DNA of 63,463 nt, filler included, from Chiloscyllium plagiosum (taxonomy: Eukaryota), in NCBI RefSeq assembly GCF_004010195.1. It is 5 parts of one record of this genome, joined end to end, with 100 filler letters (N's around TTAATTAATTAA, not from the genome) between each part and the next. Parts side by side here need not be neighbours in the genome. Positions count along the whole stretch, not along the records: positions 20,981 to 29,056 come from NC_057712.1; positions 29,157 to 44,283 come from NC_057712.1; 3 more parts are not named here. The stretch is one strand, 5' to 3'. Made by a program: the position numbers and the translations under genes. Positions 23,901 to 37,432 of this stretch are shown in pieces. Numbering within the stretch: the stretch's first letter is position 1; the number at the start of each line of letters is the position of its first letter. The notes under the pieces are model-generated. The model had not been told where the DNA came from. It worked only from the letters and a program-made list of their open reading frames with translations, and did not search any database.

Positions 23901-26900
23901 TAATCCGGGATTGTGAGGCAGGTCGAATGCATTAATCCGGGAGTGTGACACATGTCGAACTCATTAATCCTGGAATGTGACGCGTGTCGAAATCATTATT
24001 CCAGGAGTGTGACACGTGTCGATCTCATTAATCTGGGAGTGTGACGTGTGTCAAATGCATTAATCTGGGAGTGTAACAGGTGTCGAACTCATTAATCTGG
24101 GAGTGTGACGCATGTCAAACTCATTAATCTGGGAGTGTGACACGTGTCGAACTCATTTATCTGGGAGTGTGACATGTGTCGAACTCATTTATCTGGGAGT
24201 GTGACATGTGTCGAATGCATTAATCCGGGAGTATAACAGGTGTCGAACTCATTAATCTGGGAGTGTGACGCGTGTCAAACTCATTAATACGGGTGTGTGA
24301 CACATGTCAAACCCATTAATCCGGGAGTGTGTGCGTGTCGAACGCATTAATCAGGGAGTGGGACATGTGTCAAACTCATTAATCCGGGAGTGTGACACGT
24401 GTCGAACTCATTTATCCGGGATTGTGACATGTGTCGAACTAATTAATCCGGGAGTGTGACGCGTGTCGAACTCATTAATCCCGGATTGTAACGCGTGTCA
24501 AAATCATTAATCCGAGAGCGTGATGTGTGTCAAACTCATTCATCCGGGAGTTTTTCACGTGTCGAACTCATTAATCCGGGAGTGTGACACGTGTCGAACT
24601 CATTCATTCTGGAATGTGATGCATGTCGAACCCATTAATCCGAGAGTGTGCCGCATGTCGAACTCATTAATCCGGGAGTGTGCTGCATGTCAAACGCATT
24701 AATCTGGGAGTGTGACACGTGTCGAACGCATTAATCCGGGAGTGTGATGTGTGTCGAACATATTAAACCGGAATGTGAGGAGTGTCAAACGCATTAAACC
24801 GGGAGTGTGACATGTGTCATACTCATTAATCCGTGAGAGTGACGCATGCCGAACTCATTAATCCGGGAGTGTGACACGTGTCGAACTCATTTATCCGGGA
24901 TTGTAACATGTGTCGAACTAATTAATCTGGGAGTGTGACGCGTGTCGAACTCATTAATCCCGGATTGTAACGCGTGTCAAAATCATTAATCCGAGAGCGT
25001 GATGTGTGTCAAACTCATTCATCCGGGAGTTTTTCACGTGTCGAACTCATTAATCCGGGAGTGTGACACGTGTCGAACTCATTCATTCTGGAATGTGATG
25101 CATGTTGAACCCATTAATCCGAGAGTGTGCCGCATGTCGAACTCATTAATCCGGGAGTGTGCTGCGTGTCAAACTCATTAATCTGGGAGTGTGACACGTG
25201 TCGAACGCATTAATCCGGGAGTGTGATGCGTGTCGAACATATTAAACCGGAATGTGAGGAGTGTCAAACGCATTAAACCGGGAGTGTGACATGTGTCATA
25301 CTCATTAATCCATGAGAGTGACGCATGCCGAACTCATTAATCCGGGTGTGTGACGCGTGTCGAACTCATTAATCCGGGAGAGTGACACGTGTCGATCTCA
25401 TTAATCCACGAGTGTGACGCGTGTCAAATCCATTAATCCGAGAGTGTGCTGCGTGTCAAACTCATTAATCCGGGAGTGAGAGGCGTGTCGAACTCATTAA
25501 TCCGGGAGTACGACATGTGTTGAACGCATTGATCCGGGTATGTGACGCATGTCGAACTCATTAATCCGGGAGTGTGACGCGTGTCGAACTCATTAATCCG
25601 GGAGTGTGACACGTGTCAATCTCATTAATCCGCAAGTGTGACGCGTGTTGAACCCATTAATTCAAGAGTGTGACGCGTGTCAAACACATAAATAGAGGTA
25701 TGTGACGTGTGTTGAACTCATTAATCTGGGAGTTTGGCGCGTATTAAAATCATTAATCCAGGAGAGTGACGTGTGTCGAACTCATTAATCCGAGAGTGTG
25801 CCGCATGTCAAACTCATGAAATTGGGAGTGAGAGGCATGTCGAACTCATTAATCCGGGAGAGTGACGCGTGTCAAACTCATTAATCCGAGAGTGTGCCGC
25901 ATGTCAAACTCATTAATTTGGGAGTGAGAGGCATGTCGAACTCATTAATCCGGGAGTGTGACATGTGTCGAACGCATTGATCCGGGTATGTGACGCATGT
26001 CGAATTCATTAATCCGCGGGTGTGCGGCAGGTCGAACGCATTAATCCGGGAGTGTGACACATGTCGAACTCATTAATCCGGGAGTGTGACACGTGTCAAT
26101 CTCATTAATCCGGGAGTGTGACACGTGTCGAACTCATTAATCCGGGAGTGTGACACGTGTCAATCTCATTAATCCGGTAGTGTGACGTGTGTTGAACTCA
26201 TTAATCTGGGAGTGTGATGCATGTCAAACTCATTAATCCGGGAGTGTGACACGTGTCGAACTCATTAATCCCAGAATGTAACGCGTGTCAAACTCATTAA
26301 TCTGAGAGCGTGATGTGTGTCAAACTCATTAATCCGGGAGTGTGACGTGTTTCGAACACATTAATCCGGGTTTTTGATGGGTGTCGAACTCATTAATCCC
26401 AGAATGTAACGCCTGTCAAACTCATTAATCCGGGTTTATGACGCGTGTCGAACGCATTAATCCGGGAGTGTGTCACATGTCGAACCCATTAATCCGGGAC
26501 TGTGACGCGTGTCGAACGCATTAATCCGGGAGTGTGACATGTATCAAACTCATTAATCCGTGAGAGTGACGCGTGTAAAACTCATCAATCTGGGAATGTG
26601 ATGCATGTAGTACGGATTAATCCTGGAGTGTGACACGAGTAGAATTCGTTAATCTGGGAGTGTGATGCATGTTAAACCCATTACTACGGGAATGTGACGC
26701 ACGTCGAACTGATTAATCTGGTAGTGTGATGCGTGTCGAACTCATCAATCTGGGAATGAGACGCTTGTCGAACTGATTAATCCGGTAGTGTGATGCGTGT
26801 CAAACTGATTAATCCGGGAATGTGACGCGTGTCAAACTCATTAATCCGACAGCGCAATGTCTGTTGAATGTATTAACGTGAAAGTGTGATGCGTGTCGAA

Positions 26901-29056
26901 CTCATTAACCCGGGAGTGTGAGGCGTGTCGAACCCATTAATCCGGGAGTATGACGCATGTCGAACACATTAATCGAGGAATGTGACGCATGCCGAACTCA
27001 TTAATCCGGGAATGTGACACGTGTCAAAGTCTTTAATCTGGGAGCGCAATGTGTGTCAAATTTATTAACGCGAAAGTGTGATGCGTGTTGAACTCATTAA
27101 CCCGGGAGTGTGAGGCGTGTCGAACCCATTAATCCGGGAGTATGACACATGTCGAACACATTAATCGAGGAATGTGACGCATGCCGAACTCATTAATCCG
27201 GGAATGTGACACGTGTCAAAGTCTTTAATCTGGGAGCGCAATGTGTGTCAAATTTATTAACGCGAAAGTGTGATGCGTGTTGAACTCATTAATCCGGGAA
27301 ACTGACGTGTGTCGAACTCATTAATCCGGGAGTGTGACACGTGTCGATCTCATTAATCTGCGAGTATGACTTGTGTCGAACTCATTAATCCGAGAGTGAG
27401 AGGCGTGTCGAACGCATTAATCCGGGAGTGTGACATGTGTCGAACGCATTGATCCGGGAGTGTGACGCGTGTCGAACGCATTGATCCGGGAGTGTGACAT
27501 GTGCCAAATGCATTGATCCGAGAGTGTGACGCGTGTCGAGCTCATTGATCCAGGAGTGTGACGCGTGTCGAGCTCATTAATTCGGGAGTGTGACGTGGGT
27601 CGAACGCATTACTCCTGGAATGTGACGCATGTCAAACTCATTAATCCGGGAGTGTGACGCGTGTCAAACTCATTAATCCGGGAGTGTGACAAGTGTCGAA
27701 CTCATTAATCCTGGAGTGTGACGCGTGTTGAACGCATTAATCCGGGAGTGTGACACATGTCAAACTCATTAATCCTGGAATGTGACGCATGTCAAACTCA
27801 TTAATCCGGGAGTGTGACACGTGTCGAACTCATTTATCCTGGAATGTAACGTGTGTCAAACTCATTACTCCAAGAACGTGATGTATGTCAAACTCATTCA
27901 TCCAGGAGATCTTCACGTGTCGAACTCATTAATCCTGGAGTGTGACGCATGTCGAACACATTAATCCAGGTATATGACGCATGCCGAACAAATAAATCCG
28001 GGTATATGACGTGTGTTGAACTCATTAATCCGGGAGAGTGACATGTGTCAAACTCATTAATTCCGGAATGTAACGCGTGTCGAACTCATTAATCCGGGAG
28101 TGAGAGGTATGTCGAACACATTAATCCGGGAGTGTGACATGTGTCGAACGCATTGATCCGGGTATGTGACGCGTGTCGAACTCATTAATCCGCGAGTGTG
28201 ACGCGTGTCGAACCCATTAATCCGGAAGTGTGAGGCGGGTCGAACGTATTAATCTGGGAGTGTGACACATGTCGAACTCATTAATCCTGGAATGTGATGC
28301 GTGTCAAACTGATTAATCCGGGAGTTTAGCACGTGTCGAAATCATTAATCCTGGAATGTGACGCGTGTCAAACTCATTAAGCTGGGAGTGTGGCACGTGT
28401 CAAAATCATTAATTCGGGAGTGTGAGGCGTGTCGAACTCATTAATCCGGGAGTGTGACGCGTGTCAAACCCATTAATCTGAGAGTGTGCCGCATGTCGAA
28501 CTCATTAATTCTAGAGTGAGAGGCGTGTCGAACGCATTAATCCGGGAGTGTGACATGTGTCGAACGCATTAATCCGGGAGTGTGACATGTGTCGAACGAA
28601 TTGATCCGGGAGTGTGACGCGTGTCGAACGCATTGATCCGGGAGTGTTACATGTGTCGAACGCATTGATCCGGGAGTGTGATGCGTGTCGAGCTCATGAA
28701 TCCAGGAGTGTGAGGCGGGTCGAACGCACTAATCCTGGAATGTGACGCGTGTCAAACTCATTAATCCGGGAGTGTGACGCGTGTCAAACTCAATAATCCG
28801 GGAGTGTGACAAGTGTTGAACTCATTAATCCGGGAGTGTGACAAGTGTCGAACTCATTAATCCGGGAGAGTGACACGTGTCGAACACATTAATTCTGGAA
28901 TGTGACGCGTGTCGAACTCATTAATCCGAGAGTGTGACACGTGTCGATCTCATTGATCCACGAGTGTGACGCGTGTCAAACCCATTAATCCGAGAGTATG
29001 CTGCGTGTCAAACTCATTAATCCGGGAGTGTGACGCATGTCGAACTCATTAATCCG
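20981..29056. repeat. Satellite array, 32-bp unit GTGTCGAACTCATTAATCCGGGAGTGTGACGC, ~250 copies, bounded by gaps on both sides
   Basis: 32-bp periodicity seen directly (e.g. ttaatccggg at 22321 and ttgatccggg at 22353), with higher-order duplications. Confidence 0.97.
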
Positions 29057-29156
29057 NNNNNNNNNNNNNNNNNNNNNNNNNNNNNNNNNNNNNNNNNNNN
29101 TTAATTAATTAANNNNNNNNNNNNNNNNNNNNNNNNNNNNNNNNNNNNNNNNNNNN

Positions 29157-30600
29157 ATCCTCTCGGCCCGGCGTGGTGATCTCCCAGTGCCCCATCATGG
29201 TATCCTCTCGGCCCGGCGTGGTGATCTCCCAGTGCCCCATCATGGTATCCTCTCGGCCCGGCGTGGTGATCTCCCAGTGCCCATCATGGCATCCTTTCGG
29301 CCCGGCGTGGTGATCTCCCAGTGCCCCATCATGGTATCCTCTCGGCCCGGCATGGTGATCTCCCAGTGCACCATCATGGGATCCTCTTGGCCCAGCATGG
29401 GGATCTCCCAGTTCCCCACCATGGCATCCCCTCGTCCCAGCATGGGGATCTCCCAACGCTCCATCATGGTATCCTCTTGGCCCAGCGTGGTGATCTCCCA
29501 GTGCCCCATCATGGCATCCTCTCAGTCCAGCATGGTGATCTCCCAACGCTCCATCATGGCATCCTCTCGACCCGGCGTGGTGATCTCCCAGTGCCCCATC
29601 ATGGTATCCTCTCGGCCCGGCGTGGTGATCTCCCAGTGCCCCATCATGGCATCCTCTCGGCCTGGCGTGGTGATCTCCCAGTGCCACATCATGGTATCCT
29701 CTCGACCCGGCATGGTGATCTCCCAGTGCCCATCATGGCATCCTTTCGGCCCGGCGTGGTGATCTCCCAGTGCCCCATCATGGTATCCTCTCGGCCCGGT
29801 GTGGTGATCTCCCAGTGCCACATCATGGTATCCTCTCGGCCCGGCATGGTGATCTCCCAACGCTCCATCATGGCATCCTCTCGGCCCGGCATGGTGATCT
29901 CCCAGTGCCCATCATGGCATCCTTTCGGCCCGGCGTGGTGATCTCCCAGTGCCCCATCATGGTATCCTCTCGGCCCGGTGTGGTGATCTCCCAGTGCCCC
30001 ATCATGGTATCCTCTCGGCCCGGCATGGTGATCTCCCAGTGCCCCATCATGGCATCCTTTCGGCCCGGCGTGGTGATCTCCCAGTGCCACATCATGGTAT
30101 CCTCTCGGCCCGGCATGGTGATCTCCCAGTGCCCCATCATGGCATCCTTTCGGCCCGGCATGGTGATCTTCCAGCGCCCCATCATGGTATCCTCTCGGCC
30201 CGGTGTGGTGATCTCCCACTGCCCCATCATGGTATCCTCTCGGCCCGGTGTGGTGATCTTCCAGCGCCCCATCATGGTACCCTCTCGGCCCAGCATTGTG
30301 ATCTCCCAGTGCCCCATCGTGGCTTCCTCTCGGCCTAGAGTTGTGATCTCCCAGACCCCCAACATGGCATCCTCTCAGCCTGGCATGGTGATCTCCCAGC
30401 GCCCCATCATGACGTCCTCTTGATCTGGCATGGTGATCTCCCAGTGCCCCATCATGGCTTTCTCTCAGCCCGGCGTGATGATCTCCCAGTGCTCCATCAT
30501 GGCGTCCTCTCGGCCCGATATGGCAGTTTTTCCAGCAGCCCAGCAGCCTGTTATGGTGGTCTTCTGGCGGTATCTAGTGGTCTCTCGGCCTGGCATGGCC
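29157..30600. repeat. 45-bp minisatellite (ATCCTCTCGGCCCGGCGTGGTGATCTCCCAGTGCCCCATCATGGT), degrading toward the 3' end
   Basis: About 30 tandem copies; they explain the 15-aa periodic ORFs on both strands. Confidence 0.95.
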
Positions 30601-33600
30601 TCAATGTGGACTTCCAGTCTTGAGGTGGTTTAACCTGAGGCATGGTGACCCTCAGGTTAAGCCACCACCATTGTCTCTCTCTAATGGTGCAGCAGGGTGA
30701 TAGTGACTGTAACTTTTACGTTTACTGACATGAGTTGAATTATTATTCTCTATGTCTGTTTACTTATTGAGTAACTTTAACCTAGCTCACCCAGTAAATA
30801 ATTAACAGTGTTAGATTGGTTGCTGTTCCACACACCCTGCTCAAATTTGTTTTCCATTAAGTTGAAGAAAATAAAATGAATGCAAAACTGAAGGTTGATC
30901 TGATAATTTCAGCTTTCCCATAACCACTGCCCCTCTCATCCCGTGATGGTTGGGTTAAAAGATTTTATTTCACAATTTGATTTATTCCAACATGAAGTAA
31001 ATCCTGTATCACATTCCAGGATGTTTTGAATGATCAGCACTCAGAGGTATTCTATTTACATTAATATTCTATTAATCTGACAAAAAGAATGGTAGAAAGG
31101 TAACAGCTATGTTAATCACTTGTGCATTATTTGTCATGTTTAGTGCAGCTGCATTGCGAGACAAATAACATGAGCCACTGCAAGATGGACGATCTTCTAA
31201 TTTTTGAACATTATTTTGCACGCCCACATAAATAACTCACAAAAGCCATCAAACTAAAATAATTTATACACAGTTCTCAACTTGGCTCAGCTTTAATAAG
31301 AAGGCACCTTTCATTAAAAATTTAGAATATTTAGAGTATCATCTTCTAGCTAAAATTGCCATTTCCCTGCCAGTGAACCCGACAACACATTTAAAAGTAA
31401 TGTGCATTACTTTCCAGATTTCAATTTATTCTGTTTTAAGTGTTCATCAAGTGGTTGTCCATCCTTAGCATCGACACTAACATCAATTAAAATTTAAGCG
31501 TTTTTTTTACAGATTCATAGTTTTGCTAATACCTCATTGCACTTTTGAAGTAGCTATCTGGTCCAGCTGTGCACTTAATCTGAATCTGGGTGACCTGAGA
31601 AATAGAAATCATTTCCATGCAGTGAATTTTCGTAGAGGACTTGATAAATTTTGCATCATTACAAATGTATTTGTCAAAATTATCAGCTCTCGCCTTGGTT
31701 GGTTTGCTTGCGCAATCCCAGAACGCTTGAGAGATGAGACTGGCAGGGTAGCCAGCTCCTGAAAAAGTAGAAAGTGCACATTTATCTTTCCTTTGTCTGT
31801 CTTCTATGGAGGTTTCATTTGCTGGCCCAAGTTAGAGGCTGTGAATCATTGGCTTGTAACTCCTGTACCAAAGCGCTGAACCTGAGTCCAAGAGCAATTT
31901 AATTTGGTCTCTGTTTTGTGCAGATCCTTCATGGATGCCAGTTATGTAACTTCCAAGTATTTGTTGTTTCACCAATTGGAAGGTTGGCACATAAGAAAGG
32001 ACAAACTTATTCTGTAACAGACGACTGCTGTGTATAAATACCAATCACCATAGGAAACCAAGTAAGCTGCTGAAACACTGTTCAAAAGCACAATTGGTTC
32101 CTCAGGAAGCGTTTTTGTTATATCTTTTTCATTGGAGGAACTCAAAAAGAAAATACAACATTTCTTTATTCAATAATATACTTCCACAACATGATAATTC
32201 TGTGCGGGATTACTGAAGAGTTGCCAAACTAAAGCAATAACAGCTGTGAAGAGCCAAAGTGAAGAAAAGACCTATGTGATATATTTGTATGAAATTAGAT
32301 TTTTAAACAGAATTAAGTATTGTGAAAAGAAATGAATGGCATGTGTTAAATAATAAATAAAAAAAGGCTTTGTAACATGCATTCGAATCATGACCAGTCA
32401 GGTATGTATTTTGTTTCTGGTGTTTGCTTGATTGTGAAATTAAAAAAAACTTGTATTTAAATCTTGTCTTCCACATTCTCAGGATGTCCTGAAGAGGATA
32501 CAGTCAGTGGTTGGCATGGAGTTGAATAACCTTTGCTGAACTATAGAACTGATAGGCAAATCGAAAGGAACAAGTGCAACTTATTCTGATTTTTTTTAAG
32601 TATAAGTATACAAGTTATGTCTCAGTAAGCTTTGCACGGTCAAGAAAGAGAGATCTTATCCGGAGTGACACACAGTCTGAGTGAATATATTATTCAGGAA
32701 ATTTGGAGGCAGGGTAGGAATTTGGTGCAGAGGGGAAGAGGTGGTTTTTGCTTCCTTTAATTTTGGCTGATAGTTTGCATGTTTTTTTTTAACAGGATGC
32801 ATTTAAACTCAGGATCAGGAGCCCAGTACAAAAGACTGACATCACAGGTAAACCACAAGTTCATTAGTTAGTGATAGCTACTAATTTAACTACAGGTTAT
32901 TTTCAGACTGAAGATAGGTAGGGGAAATATTTATAGGTTACAAATTAAATGACCAGTACATTTAAAGAAAAAAATCAAATTAACGAAACTAAGTATTAAA
33001 ATAGAGATGTCATGCCTGATGATGTGTTGCATCTGCTTGATGAGGGAGCTGGTGGACCCCGTTGGAGTTCATGTGACCACATCTGTAGCACATGTTGGCT
33101 GCTTGAGGAACTCCGGCTTAGAGGTGATGAGCTGAACTCTGAGCTTCGAACACTGCGACACCTCAAGAAGGGGGAAATTTACCTGGATGCTGTTTTTCAG
33201 GAGGCAGTCACATCCCTTACCTAAACTACTTCAAGTTCGGTCAATGGTCAAGGATCAGAAGGTGTGACTATGAGCAATGCATGTAGAAGGATGCAGGTGG
33301 TAATACTGAAGGAACCTTAGCCCTTGAGGTTGTCTAACAGGCTTGAGATTCTATCTCCCAGTGTGGATAAGCATGGGGGCTGCAAGGAGGATGAGTAAAC
33401 TCCCCAAGCCATGGTACAGGTAGCCATTCAAGAGTGGGGAGAAAAGAGAAATGTATTTGTAATTGGGGATAGCATAGTCAAGGGAATATACACCTCTCTG
33501 TGACCAGGATTGAGAGTCCCGAAGGTTATGTTGCTTGCCTGGTTCCCAGACTCAGGATATCTCATCAGAGATGCAGGGGAACTTGGAGTGGGTGGGGAAA

Positions 33601-33604
33601 GATG

Positions 33605-33792
33605 TAGATTAGATTAGATTAGATTACAGTGTGGAAACAGGCCCTTCGGCCCAACAAATCCACACCGACCCGCCGTAGCGAAACCCACCCATACCCCTAC
33701 ATTTACCCCTTACCTGACACTACGGGCAATTTAGTATGGCCAATTCACCTGACCCTGCACATCTTTGGACTGTGGGAGGAAACCGGAGCACC
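33605..33792 (-). mobile_element. HE1/V-SINE-type tRNA SINE, 3' part
   Basis: tagat tail repeats, gtggaaacaggcccttcggcccaac, and the core tgtgggaggaaaccggagcacc. Confidence 0.85.
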
Positions 33793-34439
33793 AATGTAGT
33801 TGTCGTGGTCCAAATAGATACCAATAATAGAGATGGAAAGAGGAAAGAGATTCTGCTGAGGGAATATGAATAGCTTGGGGCTAAATTAAAAAGCAGAACT
33901 AAAAGGTAATCATCTCTGGGTTACCACCGGACCCACGAGCAAATTGATGCAGGGTCAACAAGATTAAAGCAGTAAATGCATGGTTGAAAGATTGGTGTGG
34001 GAGGAATGGGCTTGAGTTCATGGGACATTGGCTCCAGTCCTAGGGAATGAGGGAACTGTTCCAATGGGACAGGCTCTACCTGAATCATGCTGGGACTAGA
34101 GTCTTGGCAAATTGCATAACGAGAGTTATCAATAGAGCTTTAAACTAAATAGTAAGGGGATTCAGCTACGTGGAAAGTTATAGGAAAAGTTAAAGGTGTG
34201 TCAGGCTCAGCAGAGGTTACTAAAGCTTCCAGAAGAAGCAAAACGTCAGAGAGTATGGAAAGTGTCTGGAACCTAAGTTCAGACACAGCAGGTAAAAGAG
34301 CACAGGACTGAGGGTTTTGTACTGAAATGCACACAGTATATGAAAGAAGCTAAATAAGTTTGTTGGGCAGATTTAAATTAGCACGTATGATGCTGTGGGT
34401 ATCACAGAGATATTACTGCAAGGGGCTAAGGCCTAGAAA

Positions 34440-34770
34440 CTGCACAGTAGCTCAGTGGTTAGCACTACTGCTTTACAATATCAGGAACCTGGGTTCAATT
34501 CCAGCCTTAGGTCCTGTCTGTGTAGAGTTTGGACATTCTCCCTGTTGGCATGGGTTTCCATCAGGTGCTCTGGTTTCCTCCCACACTCCAATGGTGTATA
34601 GGTGAGGTGGATTGGCCATGCTAAATTGCCCATAGTGCAGGCTAAATGGGTCAGCCAAAGGAAATATGTGGTTATAGGGTAGGGTGGGGTTGGTGAGTCT
34701 GGGTGGGATGCTCTTTGGAAGGTTGGCGTGGGCTGAATGTCCTCTTTCTGCACTGTCAGGATACTATAAT
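34440..34770 (+). mobile_element. HE1/V-SINE-type tRNA SINE
   Basis: A-box agctcagtggtta, B-box gggttcaatt, and the core tgtgtagagtttgg...ggtttcctcccaca. Confidence 0.85.
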
Positions 34771-36861
34771 TTTATGAACTGAATATCCAAGGATATATAT
34801 CCTATTGAAAGGACAGGCTGAGGGGATGGTTTTGTGTTGTCAGTAAAAATGTAAGTAAGTTGATTGCATGAAGTGATAGAGAGTAGGAAGGTTAGAGTTG
34901 AAGAACCGCAAAGGAAATAGGGCCCTGTGAATAGGCCTTCCAGAAGTAGTCAGAATGTGGGTAGGAAAATAAATCAGGCAATAGAAAAGGTATGTAAGAA
35001 AGGCACCCTTACAAAAATCATGAGGTACTTCAATATGCAAGTGGACTGGAAAAATCAGATGGGGAGTAGATCTCAAGAAAAGAAATTCATGGAACGTCTA
35101 CAAGACTGATTTTGTGTCAACTTGTGGTAGAGCCCACTAGGGAACAGGCAATTCTGGATTTGATGACATGTGATGAGGCAGACTTGAGTGGGGAGCTTAA
35201 AGTGAAAGCAGCCTCGGAAGCAGTGAACACAGCATAATAATATTCACCCCATATTTGAAAGGTAGAAGCTGCAATCAGATGTCACAGTATTATAATGGAG
35301 TCAAGGTAACAACAAAGACATGAGGGAGTTTCTGGCCAGAGTTGATTGGAAGGGGAGCCGAGCAGAGAAGATGGTGGACCAGCAATGGGAGGAAGTTCAT
35401 GAGGCACAACAGAAATTCACCTCAAGGAAGAAGAAACATACCAAGGGAAGATGAGGCAACCAGGGCTGAGAAGTCAGGGATAGCATAAAAGCAAAAGAAA
35501 AGCATACAATGTGGTGAAGAATAGTGGGAAGCCAGAGGTTTGGGAACCCTTTAAAAACCATCAGCAGGGATAACTAAAAAAGCAATGGGCGGGGTGGGGG
35601 GTTTTAGGGAAGAAGATGAAATATGAGACTAAGCGAGCAAGTAATTTTAAAGAAGATTTCAAAAGGTTTTTTGAGCTAAAAGGTCAGAGAGAAGCAAGAG
35701 TGAATATCGGATGACTGGAAAATGAGGCTGAAGAAGTAGCAATGAGGAGCAAAGAAATGGCAGAGGAACTGAGTAGGCACTTTGCATCAGTTTTCACAGT
35801 GCAAGACACCAGCTGCATCCCAGAACTATAAGACTGTCAGGGCCCAGAGGCAAGTGTGGTGGCAGCAACTCAGGAGAAGGTGCTGGGGATGCTGAAGGAG
35901 GATTAATCACCCAGACCGGATGGACTATACCCCAGATTTCTGAAGGAGGTAGCTGAGGAGATTGAAGAAACATTGGTGGTGATCTTTCAGGGAGGGTCAC
36001 AGGGGGCTGCAAAGTGGCTAATGTCACACTCCTGTTTAAGAAGGGAGGGAGGCAGAAAGCAGGAATCTCTCGGCCAATTAGACCAACCTCAGACATTGGT
36101 AAGAATTTAGAGTCCATTATTAAGTATGAGATTGCAGAATACTTGGAAGTGCATAGTAAAACAGGGCTGAGACTGCACGGCTTTGTCAAGGGGCTGGGGC
36201 AGGGAGGAATCATACCTGACAAATCTTTTAGAATTCTTTAAAGAGGTAACAAGCAAGTGAGACAAAGGAGAGCCAGCGGATGTGATCTATTTGGATTTCC
36301 AGAAGGCTTTTAAAAAGGTGCCATGCACGAGTCTACTAAATAGGAGACCATGGTATTAGTGGAAAGGTATTGGCATCGATAGAGGATTGGCTGACTGGCA
36401 GAAGGCACACAGTAGGGACAAAGGGGCCATTTTCACTGACAGTCAGTTACTAGTGGTTTTCTGCTGGCGTATGCGTTGGGGTCACAACTGCTCACGATAT
36501 ACATTAATGACATGGACAAAAGAACTAAGGGTGTTCTTGCTAAGTTTGCAGATAAGACAAAAATGGGTGGAGGGACAGATAGTGTTGAGGAAGCGGGAGG
36601 CTGCAGAAGGGCTTGGGCAGACTAAGACAGTGGACAAAGAAGTGGCAGATGGAAAACAATGTGGGAAAGTATGAGGATATACACTTTGGTAGGAAGAACG
36701 CAGGCATAGATAATTTTCTAAATAGGGAAATGCTTCAGAAGTCTGAAACACAAAAGGACTTGGGGATCCGAATTCAGGATTCTCATAAGGTTAATACGTA
36801 CATTCAGTTGGTAATTAGTAAGGCAAATGCAATGTTAGCATTTAAGAGGACAAGAATAAAA

Positions 36862-37432
36862 GGGCGGCATAGTGGCTCAGTGGTTAACACTGCAAGACGC
36901 CAGGTTCGAGTCCAGCCTCGGGTCACTGTCTGTGTGGAGTTTGCACATTCTCCCTGTGTCTGTGCGGGTTTCCTCCGGGTGCTCCAGTTTCCTCCCACAA
37001 TCCAAAGATGTGCGGGTTAAGTGAATTGGCCATGCTAAATTACCCACAGTGTTCAGGGATGTGTAGGTTAGGTGCATGAGTCTGGGGTAAATGTAGAGTA
37101 ATGGGGAATGGGTTTAAAGAACAAAGAACAAAGAAAATTTACAGCTCAGGAACAGGCCCTTTGGCCCTCCAAGCCTGAGCCAATCCAAATCTACTGTCTA
37201 AACCTGTCAGTCAATTCCTAAGCATCTGTATCCCTCTGCTTCCCACCTACTCATGCATCTGTCCAGACGCATCTTAAATGAATCTACCGTGCCTGCCTCT
37301 ACTACCTCTGCTGGCAACGCAGTGCAAGTATTCTCCTACTTAATAATGGACTCTAAAATCTTCTGAGGGTCAGTGTGGACCTGTTGGGCCGAAGGGCCTG
37401 TTTCCACACTGTAGTTGTTCTACGATCTATGA
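36862..37432 (+). mobile_element. HE1/V-SINE-type SINE split by a minus-strand CR1-type 3' tail (~37116-37320)
   Basis: The SINE head and core span 36862-37115, and the tail (gagggtcagtgtggac...gggcctgtttccacactgt) resumes at ~37364. Confidence 0.8.

Noticed and set aside
20981..29056. CRISPR array (32-bp repeats with partial palindromes)
   Set aside because: Units are head-to-tail with no unique spacers, there are no cas genes, and the context is a vertebrate intron.
29109..30423. His-rich repeat protein gene
   Set aside because: The overlapping ORFs on both strands come from the 45-bp repeat and are broken by 44-bp units.
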